A stretch of 64,000 nucleotides of DNA from an uncultured delta proteobacterium (lineage in GTDB: Bacteria; Desulfobacterota; Binatia; UBA9968): positions 832,001 through 896,000 of the forward strand of contig CAVSHR010000005.1 of the NCBI GenBank assembly GCA_963727625.1, in the 5' to 3' direction. A model generated the notes under the pieces. The model was not told the DNA's origin, did not search any database, and saw nothing but the letters and a program-made list of their open reading frames with translations. The first letter of the stretch is position 1; each line of letters begins with the position of its first letter. A program made the translations under genes and the position numbers. Of the stretch, positions 29,476 through 39,758 are shown piece by piece.

Positions 29476-30033
29476 ATGTTTGAAACCCAACAGCTGATTG
29501 ACGACTGTTGCCGCGCGTTGAATGAAACCAACGCCCACGCGGCAGTCAAAGAAATCGTAGCGAGAACCGTCACCGAACCTTCGCAGGTCTTGAAAGCACT
29601 CGGGGAGCCAAAGCTGGCCTCGATCCAAACTCTGTACCGTTCTGATCAATTGACAATCCTCAATGTCTTGTGGGGCCCATGCATGTATCTGTATCCCCAC
29701 GATCATCGGATGTGGGCCGTCATCGGAATTTACGGGGGTCGGGAGGAGAACGCCTTTTATCGACGCAGCGAAAGCGGGCTTGCCGCGGTTGGAGCTAAAA
29801 CCCTCGACACCAAAGACGTCGTTCCCCTGGGAGAATCGGTCATACATGCGGTGACGAATCCGCTCGAAAAGATCACCGCCGCCATCCATGTCTATGGTGG
29901 TGACTTCTTCGCGGTGCCGCGCAGCGAGTGGGACCCGAAGACTCTCGAAGAGCGGCCGTTTGATGTAGCCGCGGCAATGCGAGTTTTCGAGGAGTCGAAC
30001 AAACGGCTTCCGAAGGCTGAAGCAGCCAGCTGA
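29476..30033 (+). CDS. Cysteine-dioxygenase-like cupin
   Basis: W.P...PHDH..W..GREEN..IHAVTN..IHVYGGD. Confidence 0.8.
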   Translation: MFETQQLIDDCCRALNETNAHAAVKEIVARTVTEPSQVLKALGEPKLASIQTLYRSDQLTILNVLWGPCMYLYPHDHRMWAVIGIYGGREENAFYRRSESGLAAVGAKTLDTKDVVPLGESVIHAVTNPLEKITAAIHVYGGDFFAVPRSEWDPKTLEERPFDVAAAMRVFEESNKRLPKAEAAS

Positions 30034-30054
30034 ACACGAAAAAGGAGGTAAGCT

Positions 30055-30366
30055 ATGGTCACAGCGTTCGTTCAATTCAGGGTTCCGGCGCCGATGAGTC
30101 GGGAACGAGCAAAGGAGGTGTTTTCCGGCACCGCACCGAATTACCAAAAAGTGCAAGGGCTGATTCGTAAGTACTACCTTCTCTCCGAAGATGGGGGGAC
30201 CGCCGGAGGCGTGTATCTATGGAAGTCGAAAGAAGATGCCGAGGCTCTGTACACCCAAGACTGGAAGAATTTCGTCAAGGGAAAATACGGCGCCGAGCCG
30301 TCGATTATCTACTTTTATAGCCCGGTCATCGTCGACAACCTGATGGGGGAAATTATCAAAGAGTGA
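30055..30366 (+). CDS. YdhR-like putative monooxygenase (dimeric alpha-beta barrel)
   Basis: GLIRKYY..GGVYLW.S. Confidence 0.82.
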   Translation: MVTAFVQFRVPAPMSRERAKEVFSGTAPNYQKVQGLIRKYYLLSEDGGTAGGVYLWKSKEDAEALYTQDWKNFVKGKYGAEPSIIYFYSPVIVDNLMGEIIKE

Positions 30367-30398
30367 TTTCTAAAATCTAGGACACTCTCGGGAGCAGG

Positions 30399-30654
30399 AC
30401 TTCTTGCGCACGCCGGTCTTGAAAACGCAACCGTCACGGGGCTCCTGATCGAACGGCAATTCTCATGCCTCGATGAATACTGGACACGATTTATCATGGG
30501 TGGAGGTGCCGCCGGAGCGTATTTGGCTTCGTTTTCGCCAGCGCGTCAAGCGGCGGTCAAAGAACAGCTGCGAAAAAGTACTCCTGGGCGATCGCACCGA
30601 CGGATCGTTTTCGATCCGATCCAAGGCCCGGCGGCGAACGGAATCGTACCTTAG
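30399..30654 (+). pseudogene. 3' remnant of a class I methyltransferase paralogous to 34991-35800
   Basis: AGLEN..DEYW..AVKEQLRK..LGDRTDGSFSI, with frameshifts. Confidence 0.8.
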
Positions 30655-30969
30655 TCGCGATTTATCTTGCACGCGACGAGTCAGTCGCGGATTCTGGGCA
30701 ACGGGAGCCCTAACGGCAGTCGACCGTGCGTTTAGCGCTTCGACATCCTGGCATTGCAGCGTTTTTGTCGTCTACCGCGCATTCCTGGAGTTCGCTGGCG
30801 GAAATTATCAAGACGCGTTTTTTACCGCAACTTCCTATAAACGGCGTCAATTCTCTAAAACGAGATCTGCCCCGTATGCAACGTTGTAATTCAGCAGGAC
30901 AGTCGTGTAAGAATTAGCAGGTTGCTGGATGCGAGGAAGATCGGCAGTTTTTGTAAATGAGGTGAGCCG

Positions 30970-33783
30970 ATGAAACTACCAGCCGAACAAGAAGCGATTC
31001 GAGCCAAATGTTTTCACCCGGCGAGACAGTTTATTGAGTTCTCCAAAGAGCAGATCGAGCAATCGATTCCGAAACGCTTCGCAGAAATTGTCAGGCGACA
31101 CTCAAAACGCTTGGCCGTGAAGACGGGCGCTCAAGAGCTCCGTTTTGATGAACTAAATCAGCTTGCCGATCGAGTCGCTCACGCAATCATTAGCCGGTGT
31201 GGGGTTGGTAATTCAACGGTCGTCGTACTCATTAAACAAGGCATCGATTTGCTCACGGGAATTCTGGGAGCGCTCAAGGCCGGAAAATGCTTTGTACTTG
31301 CGGAGGTGTCGTGGCCTCGAGAGAGGCTTGCTGCGATTTTGGAAGATTCGAAGGCAGATTTGATTGTCACCAACGATGACGGCGCGGAATTGGTTCGAGA
31401 GTTGGTTAGCGGATCCCGGATATCGCTGAATGTTAATCAACTGGCCGATTCAATTTCCGGCAGCAATGTCCAACTCGATGTTTCGCCAGATTCACTCGGG
31501 TATCTAGTCTACACCTCCGGGTCCACCGGGAAGCCGAAGGGCGTTTTTCAAAACCACCGAAATATACTGCACGGCGTCATGAGGCGCATCAACGGGTTTA
31601 GAATAGAACCCGAGGATCGCTTGACTCTTCTCTCATCCGGGGGACATCAAGCCATCATGAACATATTCAGCGCGGTGCTGAGCGGCGCGACTATTTTTCC
31701 GTTCGATCCCAGAGAACATAGCCCGGCTGAATTTGCCGAATGGCTACAATGCGAAGGTATCACCATCTATCATTCCAGCGCGTCGCTCTTTCGCCAATTG
31801 GCGACGACGCTCAGGGGCAACGAAAAGCTCTCCAGCATAAGGCTGGTGCGCTCGGCCAGTGAGGCGATGTTGCAGAGCGATGTGGACTTGTACCGAAAAC
31901 ACTTTTCCGACGACTGTATTATTTGCAACGGCATGGGTTCCACCGAAACCGGTACCAGCGCCTTGTACTTCATGGATAAGAAGACGCAGATCGATTCTCA
32001 AGCGGTGCCGATCGGATTTCCTCTGGAGGATATGGAGATTCAGATTCTCGACGACGAGGAACGGGAAGTTGAGGGCGAGCGCTCCGGTGAGATTGTCGTC
32101 AAAAGCCGTTATCTCGCGTTGGGCTACTGGGGACAGCCCAAACTTACGGATGCGAAATTCAAGCCCGATCCTCAAGATCCGGCCAAGCGTCTTTATTTCA
32201 CAGGCGATTTAGGTTTGATCCTTGCCGATGGATGTTTAGTTTACCAAGGGCGCAAAGATTTTCGCATTAAAATTCGCGGATACGGAGTCGACCTGGTAGA
32301 AGTCGAAAAAGCGCTTTTATCGAATTCCAGCATTAACGAAGCTGTGGTGTTGGCAAGAACCGGAGACGACGGGTCGACCAGTTTGACCGCCTATTACACT
32401 TCCGATCAACCTCAAGCGTTATCCGCGCTCCGCAGTCACTTAAAAACTCGACTCTCCGACTACATGATCCCTTCAGCTTTTATGAGAGTCGAAAAGTTCC
32501 CGCTAGCGTCGAACGGGAAGGTGGACCGCAAGGCGTTGGCAAAGCCGGACAAGAAGCGGCCTGAATTGGGGACAGCCTATGTTGAGCCCAGAGATGATAT
32601 AGAGAAACGAATGGTCGGTGCATGGGAGGAAGTGCTGGATATACGGCCGATTGGGATCGATGACAATTTCTTCGACCTGGGGGGCCATTCCTTGCTGGCG
32701 GCACGGTTGTTTACGCGCCTGGACGATGAGTTTCGGCGGTTATTACCGCTCAGTTTCTTGGTCGGGTCGCCCACCGTGCGGTTGTTGACGGAGCAATTCC
32801 GCAGCAAGAGCGAGGCAAATAGAGTTTCTGCATTGGTGCCGTTTGTCGAAACGGGCAGTTATCCGACGATATTTGCAGTACCCGGGGTCTATGGAAACGT
32901 CGTGGGGTTGAACGATCTTTGTCGAGAGTTGGGAGTGGAACAGCCATTCTACGGCTTACAATCGATCGGGCTCGACGGGCTGGAGCGTCCGATCGAAAAT
33001 ATCGAGGAGATGGCCAGACGATTTATTAGCGAAGTGCGCACAGTCCAAGCCATTGGCCCTTACAACCTCATCGGTGCCTGTTTCGGCTCGACGGTGGCTT
33101 GGGAGATGGTCTCCCAACTCATGGAGGCGGGTGAAGAGATAAGTTTTTTGGGATTGCTGGACCCGATTCGAATGGTAAAAGCTCAGGAAGGGTTTGGTTC
33201 CGCGAGGGAAGTACCCGCAGCGGTTGGGAGTCCTTCAAGTAAAAGTTTTGTGGCCAGCCGTTTGAAGCTGTATCTTGACGAGATGCGGGACTTAAACAAT
33301 TATGATAGGGCGAGGTTCGTTGCGACCAAAATTATTTTTTTGGGCCGCAAAATGGGAAACAGAAAAGCGTTTCGCGGGGTCCGACGCGAGATGCATCAGC
33401 TGGCGGTGTTTAATGCCAGCCGAGCGGCCGGTGCGCGGTATCGTCCGAAACACTTAACAGGTCGTCGGTTGGGAGCGTTGGAGGTGTTTGTCTCGGGTCA
33501 TCCGCGCAAAGCATATATCGAAGCCTTGAATTGGAAAGAGTTGTGGGCAGGCAAAACCGCATTGCATCACATGCCGGGTAGAGACTCGGGCGATATGTTG
33601 AGCGGCGAGAATGCGAAAGTGCTGGGCGCGTTGTTACGGGACCGATTGCGGGCTGCGATTAACGACCATCCATCAAACGCTCCCGACCATTCAGCTTTCG
33701 CCGCAAACGCTGGGAGTATGGTTGCCAGTCACGATCACACGCGCTGGCAGCCAATTCCACGGCGGCGATCAACGTCAAACTGA
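30970..33783 (+). CDS. Stand-alone NRPS-like enzyme, A-T-TE architecture
   Basis: YTSGSTGKPKG, GSTE, TGD, KIRG, NGKVDR; PCP DNFFDLGGHSLL; TE with GACFG. Confidence 0.9.
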   Translation: MKLPAEQEAIRAKCFHPARQFIEFSKEQIEQSIPKRFAEIVRRHSKRLAVKTGAQELRFDELNQLADRVAHAIISRCGVGNSTVVVLIKQGIDLLTGILGALKAGKCFVLAEVSWPRERLAAILEDSKADLIVTNDDGAELVRELVSGSRISLNVNQLADSISGSNVQLDVSPDSLGYLVYTSGSTGKPKGVFQNHRNILHGVMRRINGFRIEPEDRLTLLSSGGHQAIMNIFSAVLSGATIFPFDPREHSPAEFAEWLQCEGITIYHSSASLFRQLATTLRGNEKLSSIRLVRSASEAMLQSDVDLYRKHFSDDCIICNGMGSTETGTSALYFMDKKTQIDSQAVPIGFPLEDMEIQILDDEEREVEGERSGEIVVKSRYLALGYWGQPKLTDAKFKPDPQDPAKRLYFTGDLGLILADGCLVYQGRKDFRIKIRGYGVDLVEVEKALLSNSSINEAVVLARTGDDGSTSLTAYYTSDQPQALSALRSHLKTRLSDYMIPSAFMRVEKFPLASNGKVDRKALAKPDKKRPELGTAYVEPRDDIEKRMVGAWEEVLDIRPIGIDDNFFDLGGHSLLAARLFTRLDDEFRRLLPLSFLVGSPTVRLLTEQFRSKSEANRVSALVPFVETGSYPTIFAVPGVYGNVVGLNDLCRELGVEQPFYGLQSIGLDGLERPIENIEEMARRFISEVRTVQAIGPYNLIGACFGSTVAWEMVSQLMEAGEEISFLGLLDPIRMVKAQEGFGSAREVPAAVGSPSSKSFVASRLKLYLDEMRDLNNYDRARFVATKIIFLGRKMGNRKAFRGVRREMHQLAVFNASRAAGARYRPKHLTGRRLGALEVFVSGHPRKAYIEALNWKELWAGKTALHHMPGRDSGDMLSGENAKVLGALLRDRLRAAINDHPSNAPDHSAFAANAGSMVASHDHTRWQPIPRRRSTSN

Positions 33784-33857
33784 CAGCGCTCATCACCCCG
33801 GAGGAAATGGACCAGGCCACGAAAAAGAGCCAAGGCCGTCATCCGCCTGTCGCTTGA
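33744..33857 (+). pseudogene. C-terminal remnant of a GYD-domain protein
   Basis: Hand translation LAANSTAAINVKLTALITPEEMDQATKKSQGRHPPVA*. Confidence 0.55.
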
Positions 33858-33894
33858 GACAACGGACCGCTTTGTCAGCCCAGGAGATACCGCT

Positions 33895-34897
33895 GTGGAA
33901 AATTCGACTCTACGGCCTGTGACCATCAATAGGCTGCGACATGGTGCCGACGCGGCCTTCGCCATGCTGGCGGGCATGCAGCTCGATGTCTTCACGCCGA
34001 TGAAGGACGGGCCGATGACCGCCGAGCAGATCGCCAACGCCATCCGCGTCAAGGCAGATCGATTGCGCCTGCTGCTGTGGTCGCTCGTTTCCGCGGGACT
34101 GTTAACGGAAAAAGACGGACGGTTCTCGAACACTCCCGAAGCGAATCACTTCCTGGTAAAAGGCATCTCCTCGTACATGGGCAACATGCACGCGAACTAC
34201 TCCAGCGCGTGGGGCTGGAAGCTTAAAACGGCAATCCATTCGCGCCGGCGTACCACAGGCTAAAATTGATTTCTCTAATTCACCGCCGGCGGAACTGGAA
34301 GCGTTCCTTCGGAGGATCAATACGAGCACAGTCGCAGCAACCCGCTCCCTGTTGGAGCGGTACGATTTTTCGTCTCTCAATACTTTGGCGGATGTGGGCT
34401 GTGGCGGCGCCGGGCTAGCATTGACAATGACGAAAGCCTGTCCGCACATTCAAGCAACGGCTCTCGATCTCCCCCAGATTACGCCGATCGCGCAAAAGAT
34501 CGTGAACGAGGAAGGCGCATCAGACCGCGTCAAAGTCTTAACCGCGGACGTCTTAAGCGGCCCACTACCGGGTTCTTATGATACTGCAATATTGAGAGCG
34601 CTTCTCCAGGTGCTTTCCCCGCAAGGCGCACGGCTTGCGGTCAAGAATATAGCCGCGGCGATCCATCCAGGCGGTACAATTTACGTCGTGGGACAGATTC
34701 TCGATGATTCGCGTACTTCTCCCCCGGAAGCAGTGTGGTTCAATTTGAATTTCGTCAATCTGTATGACACGGGCGAGTCCTACACGGAGCAGGAACACAG
34801 AGAATGGCTCAGCGAGGCGGGATTCGTGGAGATCGAGCGCGCAAAAACTCCGCTCGCCCAAGGGCTCGGCCTCATGACCGCGCAAAAGCCGGGCTAG
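33895..34897 (+). pseudogene. O-methyltransferase, frameshifted near 34233
   Basis: N-half (QLDVFT dimerisation domain) and C-half (DVGCGGAG) lie in different frames. Confidence 0.82.
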
Positions 34898-34990
34898 GCC
34901 GATTAAATCTTCGACCGACGAGCGGAAAGGCGCGAACTGATCGGGCGTTCAAAAAACGAAGCGGATCAAGAAGTGGCAAGAAGCAATACG

Positions 34991-35800
34991 ATGGCCAATG
35001 AAAAAGAAATTCTTCCCTTCGTTTTCTCGGCCGGAGACAAATACGATCGCATGACCGGCGCCTGGAGCCGGCTTTTAGCGCCGCGGTTTGTCGACTTCAT
35101 GCAAATCCAGGAGGGCGAATCGGTTCTCGACGTCGGTTGCGGCACGGGAATGCTCGCTCTCGCCATCGCGGAAAAAACAAGAGCATCGAAGATCGTTGGC
35201 ATCGATTTATCCGCGGGCTTCATCGACTACGCCCGCGGCAAAAGCGGTGATTGCCGGCTTAGTTTCGAACAGGGCGACGCGCGGAATCTTCCCTACGCGA
35301 ACAACTCCTTTGATCGCTGCATGGCAATGCTGATCCTGCAGTTCGTGGCGGACAAAGTCAAAGCCATCGTTGAAATGAAACGTGTCACCAGGCCCGGCGG
35401 CGTCATTGGAATTGTACTGTGGGATACCATCAGCGGGATTAGTCCCAATCAATCTTTGTGGGATGCGGCGCTAGCCCTCGATCTTCCAGCAGACATACCA
35501 TCGGCTAGGCAGTCGGCGTCTAATTCCGCCGCAGGTTTGACAAAACTTTTGTCCGAAGCCGGCCTTGAAAACGTAACCGTCACGGACATCGTCACCGAAC
35601 GGCGCTTCTCATCTTTCGATGAATACTGGATCCCTTTGGCCACAGGCGAGGGCGTTCCCGGAAAATTCCTAGCTTCGCTATCTCCCGAACAGAAAACGGC
35701 AGTTAAAGAGCAACTGCGTAAAACTCTCTTGGGCGATCGCACCGACGGATCGTTCTCCATTAAAGCCAGAGCCGGGGCCGCGCGCGGCATCGTCCCGTAA
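34991..35800 (+). CDS. Class I SAM-dependent methyltransferase (UbiE-like)
   Basis: VLDVGCGTG, GIDLS, QGDA..LP, EMKRVTRPGG. Confidence 0.92.
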   Translation: MANEKEILPFVFSAGDKYDRMTGAWSRLLAPRFVDFMQIQEGESVLDVGCGTGMLALAIAEKTRASKIVGIDLSAGFIDYARGKSGDCRLSFEQGDARNLPYANNSFDRCMAMLILQFVADKVKAIVEMKRVTRPGGVIGIVLWDTISGISPNQSLWDAALALDLPADIPSARQSASNSAAGLTKLLSEAGLENVTVTDIVTERRFSSFDEYWIPLATGEGVPGKFLASLSPEQKTAVKEQLRKTLLGDRTDGSFSIKARAGAARGIVP

Positions 35801-35834
35801 AGTAATTCAAAATGCCTATTCTGAGGAGGCCAGT

Positions 35835-36782
35835 ATGGCGGAGCAAACACTGAAGCCGGTCGATCACGTCGAAGTCTTGTGCATCATGGACAATTCTATA
35901 GATGTTCTTATGGCCAGCACCCCAATCGCGCAACGCGCGCCTTTGTTGCGCGACAAGTTTTCCCGCCCCGAACTGCGCGCCGAGCACGGGGTGTCGATGC
36001 TCATAACGATTGACTCCGAGGGAAGCAAGGACTCTTTTCTCTTCGACGCGGGAACCTCGGTCGACGGAGTGTTACATAATTTTGACGTTTTGGAAGTTCG
36101 ACCGAATGACATTCATTCAGTCGTCCTCAGCCATGGCCACACCGATCACACTCTCGGCCTCATTGGGATCCTAAAACGTCACGGCCGAGCCGGAATGCCG
36201 ATCATTCTCCATCCAGACGCGTTTCTCAATCGCAAAGCGGTTTTGCCTGATGATCATGAGATCGATCTTCCGCCGCCCAAACGCAGCGACATCGAGGCCG
36301 AGGGAATAAAAGTGATCGAGGAACGAGCCCCTACATTCCTGGTGGATGAGAAAGTTCTTGTTACCGGACAAATCCCGCGGCTCACATCCTTCGAGAAAGG
36401 ATTTCCTCCTAATCGTGCCGAGATCGACGGTGTCTGGCAACCGGATCCTTGGATTCACGACGATCAGGCGATGGTCATCAACGTCAAGAACAAAGGCCTC
36501 GTCGTCCTTACCGGCTGCGGACACGCGGGGCTGATCAACACGCTGCAGCACGCAAGGAAACTGACCGGGGTTAACAAGATTTACTCAGTGATGGGCGGTT
36601 TCCATCTCACTGGCAAACTCTTCGAACCGATAATCCCCCCGACCATTCAAGCGCTCAAGGAGTTCAGTCCCGAGGTGATCGTCCCTCAACACTGCACGGG
36701 TTGGCAGGCCACCCATCTGATTGCAAACGAGTTTCCGCAAGCGTTTGTTCCCAATAGCGTAGGGACAAAGTTTGTCCTTTGA
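35835..36782 (+). CDS. MBL-fold metallohydrolase (DHPS-like MBL subgroup)
   Basis: AEHG, FDAG, SHGHTDH, TGCGHAG, GGFHL, QHCTG. Confidence 0.9.
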   Translation: MAEQTLKPVDHVEVLCIMDNSIDVLMASTPIAQRAPLLRDKFSRPELRAEHGVSMLITIDSEGSKDSFLFDAGTSVDGVLHNFDVLEVRPNDIHSVVLSHGHTDHTLGLIGILKRHGRAGMPIILHPDAFLNRKAVLPDDHEIDLPPPKRSDIEAEGIKVIEERAPTFLVDEKVLVTGQIPRLTSFEKGFPPNRAEIDGVWQPDPWIHDDQAMVINVKNKGLVVLTGCGHAGLINTLQHARKLTGVNKIYSVMGGFHLTGKLFEPIIPPTIQALKEFSPEVIVPQHCTGWQATHLIANEFPQAFVPNSVGTKFVL

Positions 36783-36933
36783 TCACTCGGAGGGTGGACT
36801 GTTCTTTGAGATGGCTATTCAGCGAACGTCCGGCGGAGTCCCGTCAGGCCCGAGACCGTTGGCGCTCCGGGAAGCCATTCCCGTGATTGGCAATCTCAAA
36901 CGCCGACTAAAAAACGAAAGGAGCGATCTCATT

Positions 36934-37320
36934 ATGGCGACTGCAAACATTAAAGCTTCCATTGAAGCGGCAAATAAACATTGGATGAACGCGTTCAAGA
37001 ATGCCGATGCAGCGACTATCGCCAGCCTTTACACGGCACAGGCTCAACTGCTCCCGGCCAATAGCGACGTCGTCCAAGGTACCGACGCCATCCGCGATTT
37101 CTGGCAATCCGTAATGAACATGGGAATCAAGGAGGCGGTCTTAGAAACGATTGAAGCGGAAGACCTCGGAGCTACCTCCATCGAAGGCGGCCGGTACAGG
37201 TTACTTGTCGCTAATGGCTCCGTTGCAGATATGGGCAAATATATCGTCATCTGGAAAACAGACGGCGGCGCTTGGAAGCTTCATCGAGACATCTGGACGA
37301 CTAGCCAGCCGTCCAAGTAG
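36934..37320 (+). CDS. NTF2/DUF4440 (SnoaL-like) protein
   Basis: DAATIASLYT, G..AIRDFW, GKYIVIWK..WKLHRDIW. Confidence 0.85.
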   Translation: MATANIKASIEAANKHWMNAFKNADAATIASLYTAQAQLLPANSDVVQGTDAIRDFWQSVMNMGIKEAVLETIEAEDLGATSIEGGRYRLLVANGSVADMGKYIVIWKTDGGAWKLHRDIWTTSQPSK

Positions 37321-37427
37321 CTTCCGGAAAACATTCACTTGTAGAAACAAACCGGGATAACGACGCAAGGAGTAATGAAGGAGAAACTGGCGTGCCGTAA
37401 TCTGCGTACAGCAAGGAGGTGGAAATC

Positions 37428-38431
37428 ATGGCCATCGAAGATCAAACACTGGGGCAATCCATGATCCGCCTGTTCATGGGCTACATTCCCACCCGGGTGA
37501 TCTACGCCGCAGCCAAGCTGGAACTCGTCGACCACATCGGTAAAGATGGAGCGAGCGCGCAAGACCTCGCGCAAAGACTTAACGTCGATACCGCAGCTTT
37601 GTATCGCGTCATGCGCGTGCTCGCCGGCCTTGGGTACTGCACCAAGACGACAATGACCGATTCTTCGTGACGCCGTTCGGCGAAACCTTGAGCAAGGACT
37701 CTCCCCAATCTGTGCACGACTACGCCATCTACAATCACGAAATCGTCTACGACAGCTTTAAGGAGATCGCAGACAGCGTCCGCAGCGGCAAACCCGTGAT
37801 CGACGACTTTTTCAGCTTTCTGCGGGCCGATCCGGATAAGGAAGCTGTCTTTCACGCCGGCATGAGCAATCGCGGAAGCGTCGAAACCGCGGCTGTCCTC
37901 GATGCGTACAAATTTCCGGACAGCAAAACCGTAGTGGATGTCGGCGGTGGCAACGGCGGATTCTTGTCTGCGACTCTAGCGGGCAACGCTCATCTCTCAG
38001 CGATTTTGTTTGACCAGCCCTCCGCGATAGAAGCGGCAAAGGCGGGGCGGGGCGGGCCCCTGCCCCGTTGCAACCTCGTCGCGGGAGATTTTTTTGACAC
38101 CGTCCCGTCCGGCGGCGACACTTACGTTTTGAAGCGCGTGCTTTTTGACTGGACCGACGAAGAAGCAGTCAAAATTCTAACGAATTGCCGGCGCGCGATG
38201 AACAACGAAGCGCACTTGCTTATCATCGAGCCGTTGATCGGAAAACCCAATCAGCCATCGCCGGCGCATCTCTATGACATGACGTTTCTCGTTATGTTGC
38301 ACGGCCGGCTTAGGACCGCCGATGAATACGCGGCCCTGCTCGGTCAAGCGGGATTCCGCACGGCAAGAATTATACCGACAGACTCTGAAGTATCCGTAGT
38401 GGAAGCGTCAGCAGCGCAGCAGCGAGAGTAG
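37428..38431 (+). pseudogene. O-methyltransferase, frameshifted at a G-run near 37632
   Basis: Adding one G restores AGLGVLHQDDNDRFFVTP and joins the two ORFs; VDVGGGNG, GDFF. Confidence 0.82.
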
Positions 38432-38849
38432 ATCGAAAGGGAGCTTAATCGGTAGCCCCCTTCCTCAGGCAATTTGCGTGATTAGCCGGGACAGGAGCGA
38501 AAGCACCTGAGAGCGCGCCTACTTGGCTCTTGCGCTGTGAGGACTGTTAATTGGACCGTGGTTGCCTTGTAAATTCGGCCAGTAAAAGCCAGAACATTGA
38601 AACCACGCCAGCGATGCTAACCGCTAAGAAAAGCGTAAGACCGGCACCATAGAGAAACGACGACGGTGCTAACGGCCAACCGACCAAGTTGGCCAAGAGA
38701 AAGAAGCAGCAAGGGTGCTCATGCCAAACACGCACCAGAGCGCCCAAGGTGCCAGGGGCGGATGGCCAAGCCGAGTCAATTGAAAATTTATCATTGGTAT
38801 AGAGACGAGGAATGCGGACATGACTACAAAGGCAGTGCCACTGGCGATT

Positions 38850-39650
38850 TGCCAGAGTGGTAACCAACTTTGAATACAAACTCTATTCGGTGGGTCCGGA
38901 GGTGACGGCCGGCGGGATCGCCTAGCGCGCTGAGTCCGCTGCTGAGGTCCTCGGAATGTTCAGCGCCATCATGGAGAAAGCACCCCCAGAATTGGTTTGC
39001 GTGCCGGCCCTCCGCATCGCCCCGCCCGCGCCGTGGTTGGCCAAAGCGGTTCACGGCAAACCCGTCATTGCACTTTTCATCTGTCACACGGGGCCGTCAG
39101 CCGAAGGCGAAAAACTCGTCGCTCAGATCAAAGCCTTCGGCCAGCCGGTTGGCGACATTATCCAGCGACGCCCCTATATTTCCCAGCAAAGCCTGCTCGA
39201 TGCCACCCAGCCCAAGGGACGGCGCTACTACTGGAAGTCGGAATACCTGCCCAGGGTCGAGCCGGATCTCATTGCAACTCTCATTAAACACGCCGAAAAA
39301 TCGCCTCGCCCCACTCGGCGATCCTACTTTTTCCACTCTATCGCGCGCTCAACCGGCTGCCCGAGGATCACTCGGCCGTGGGCAACCGGGATTCCGCCTG
39401 GGTTCTGAACATCACCGCGTCCTGGGAAAATGCTGAAGACGACAAGACCAACATCGGGTGGGCGCGTGCAGCGTGGGAAGACATGCGCAGATATTCAACG
39501 GGAGGAACGTATATAAACTTTCTGACCGAGGAGGAGGCCGATAACCGTATCCGCGCCGCTTACAGGAAAAACTATGACCGGCTCGTCGAAACAAAATGGG
39601 ATCCGGAGAACTTGTTTCGACTAAACAAAAACGTCGCACCAGCTAGTTAG
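38850..39650 (+). pseudogene. FAD-linked oxidase (BBE domain) remnant
   Basis: VVTNFEYKL, YYWKS, YINF, KWDPENLFRLN; internal TAG at 38923-38925, frameshift near 39300, FAD domain missing. Confidence 0.82.
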
Positions 39651-39758
39651 CGCGCTTGCCAAACATTTGAACGGGAGCGCAGCGACCCTCCACCCTTCAC
39701 TCTTGACGCTCGGCCGTTCATTCACGTAACGTCGGCGCTGCAACTTTTCCGCGCCGCC

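Noticed and set aside
30399-35800. Methyltransferase 3' remnant as a fourth gene-end-bounded cassette
   Set aside because: The fragment lies upstream of the intact gene and is much more diverged; better explained as a decayed paralog
38547-38879. Hydrophobic minus-strand ORF
   Set aside because: Overlaps the oxidase remnant boundary and has no family signature; possibly a fragment
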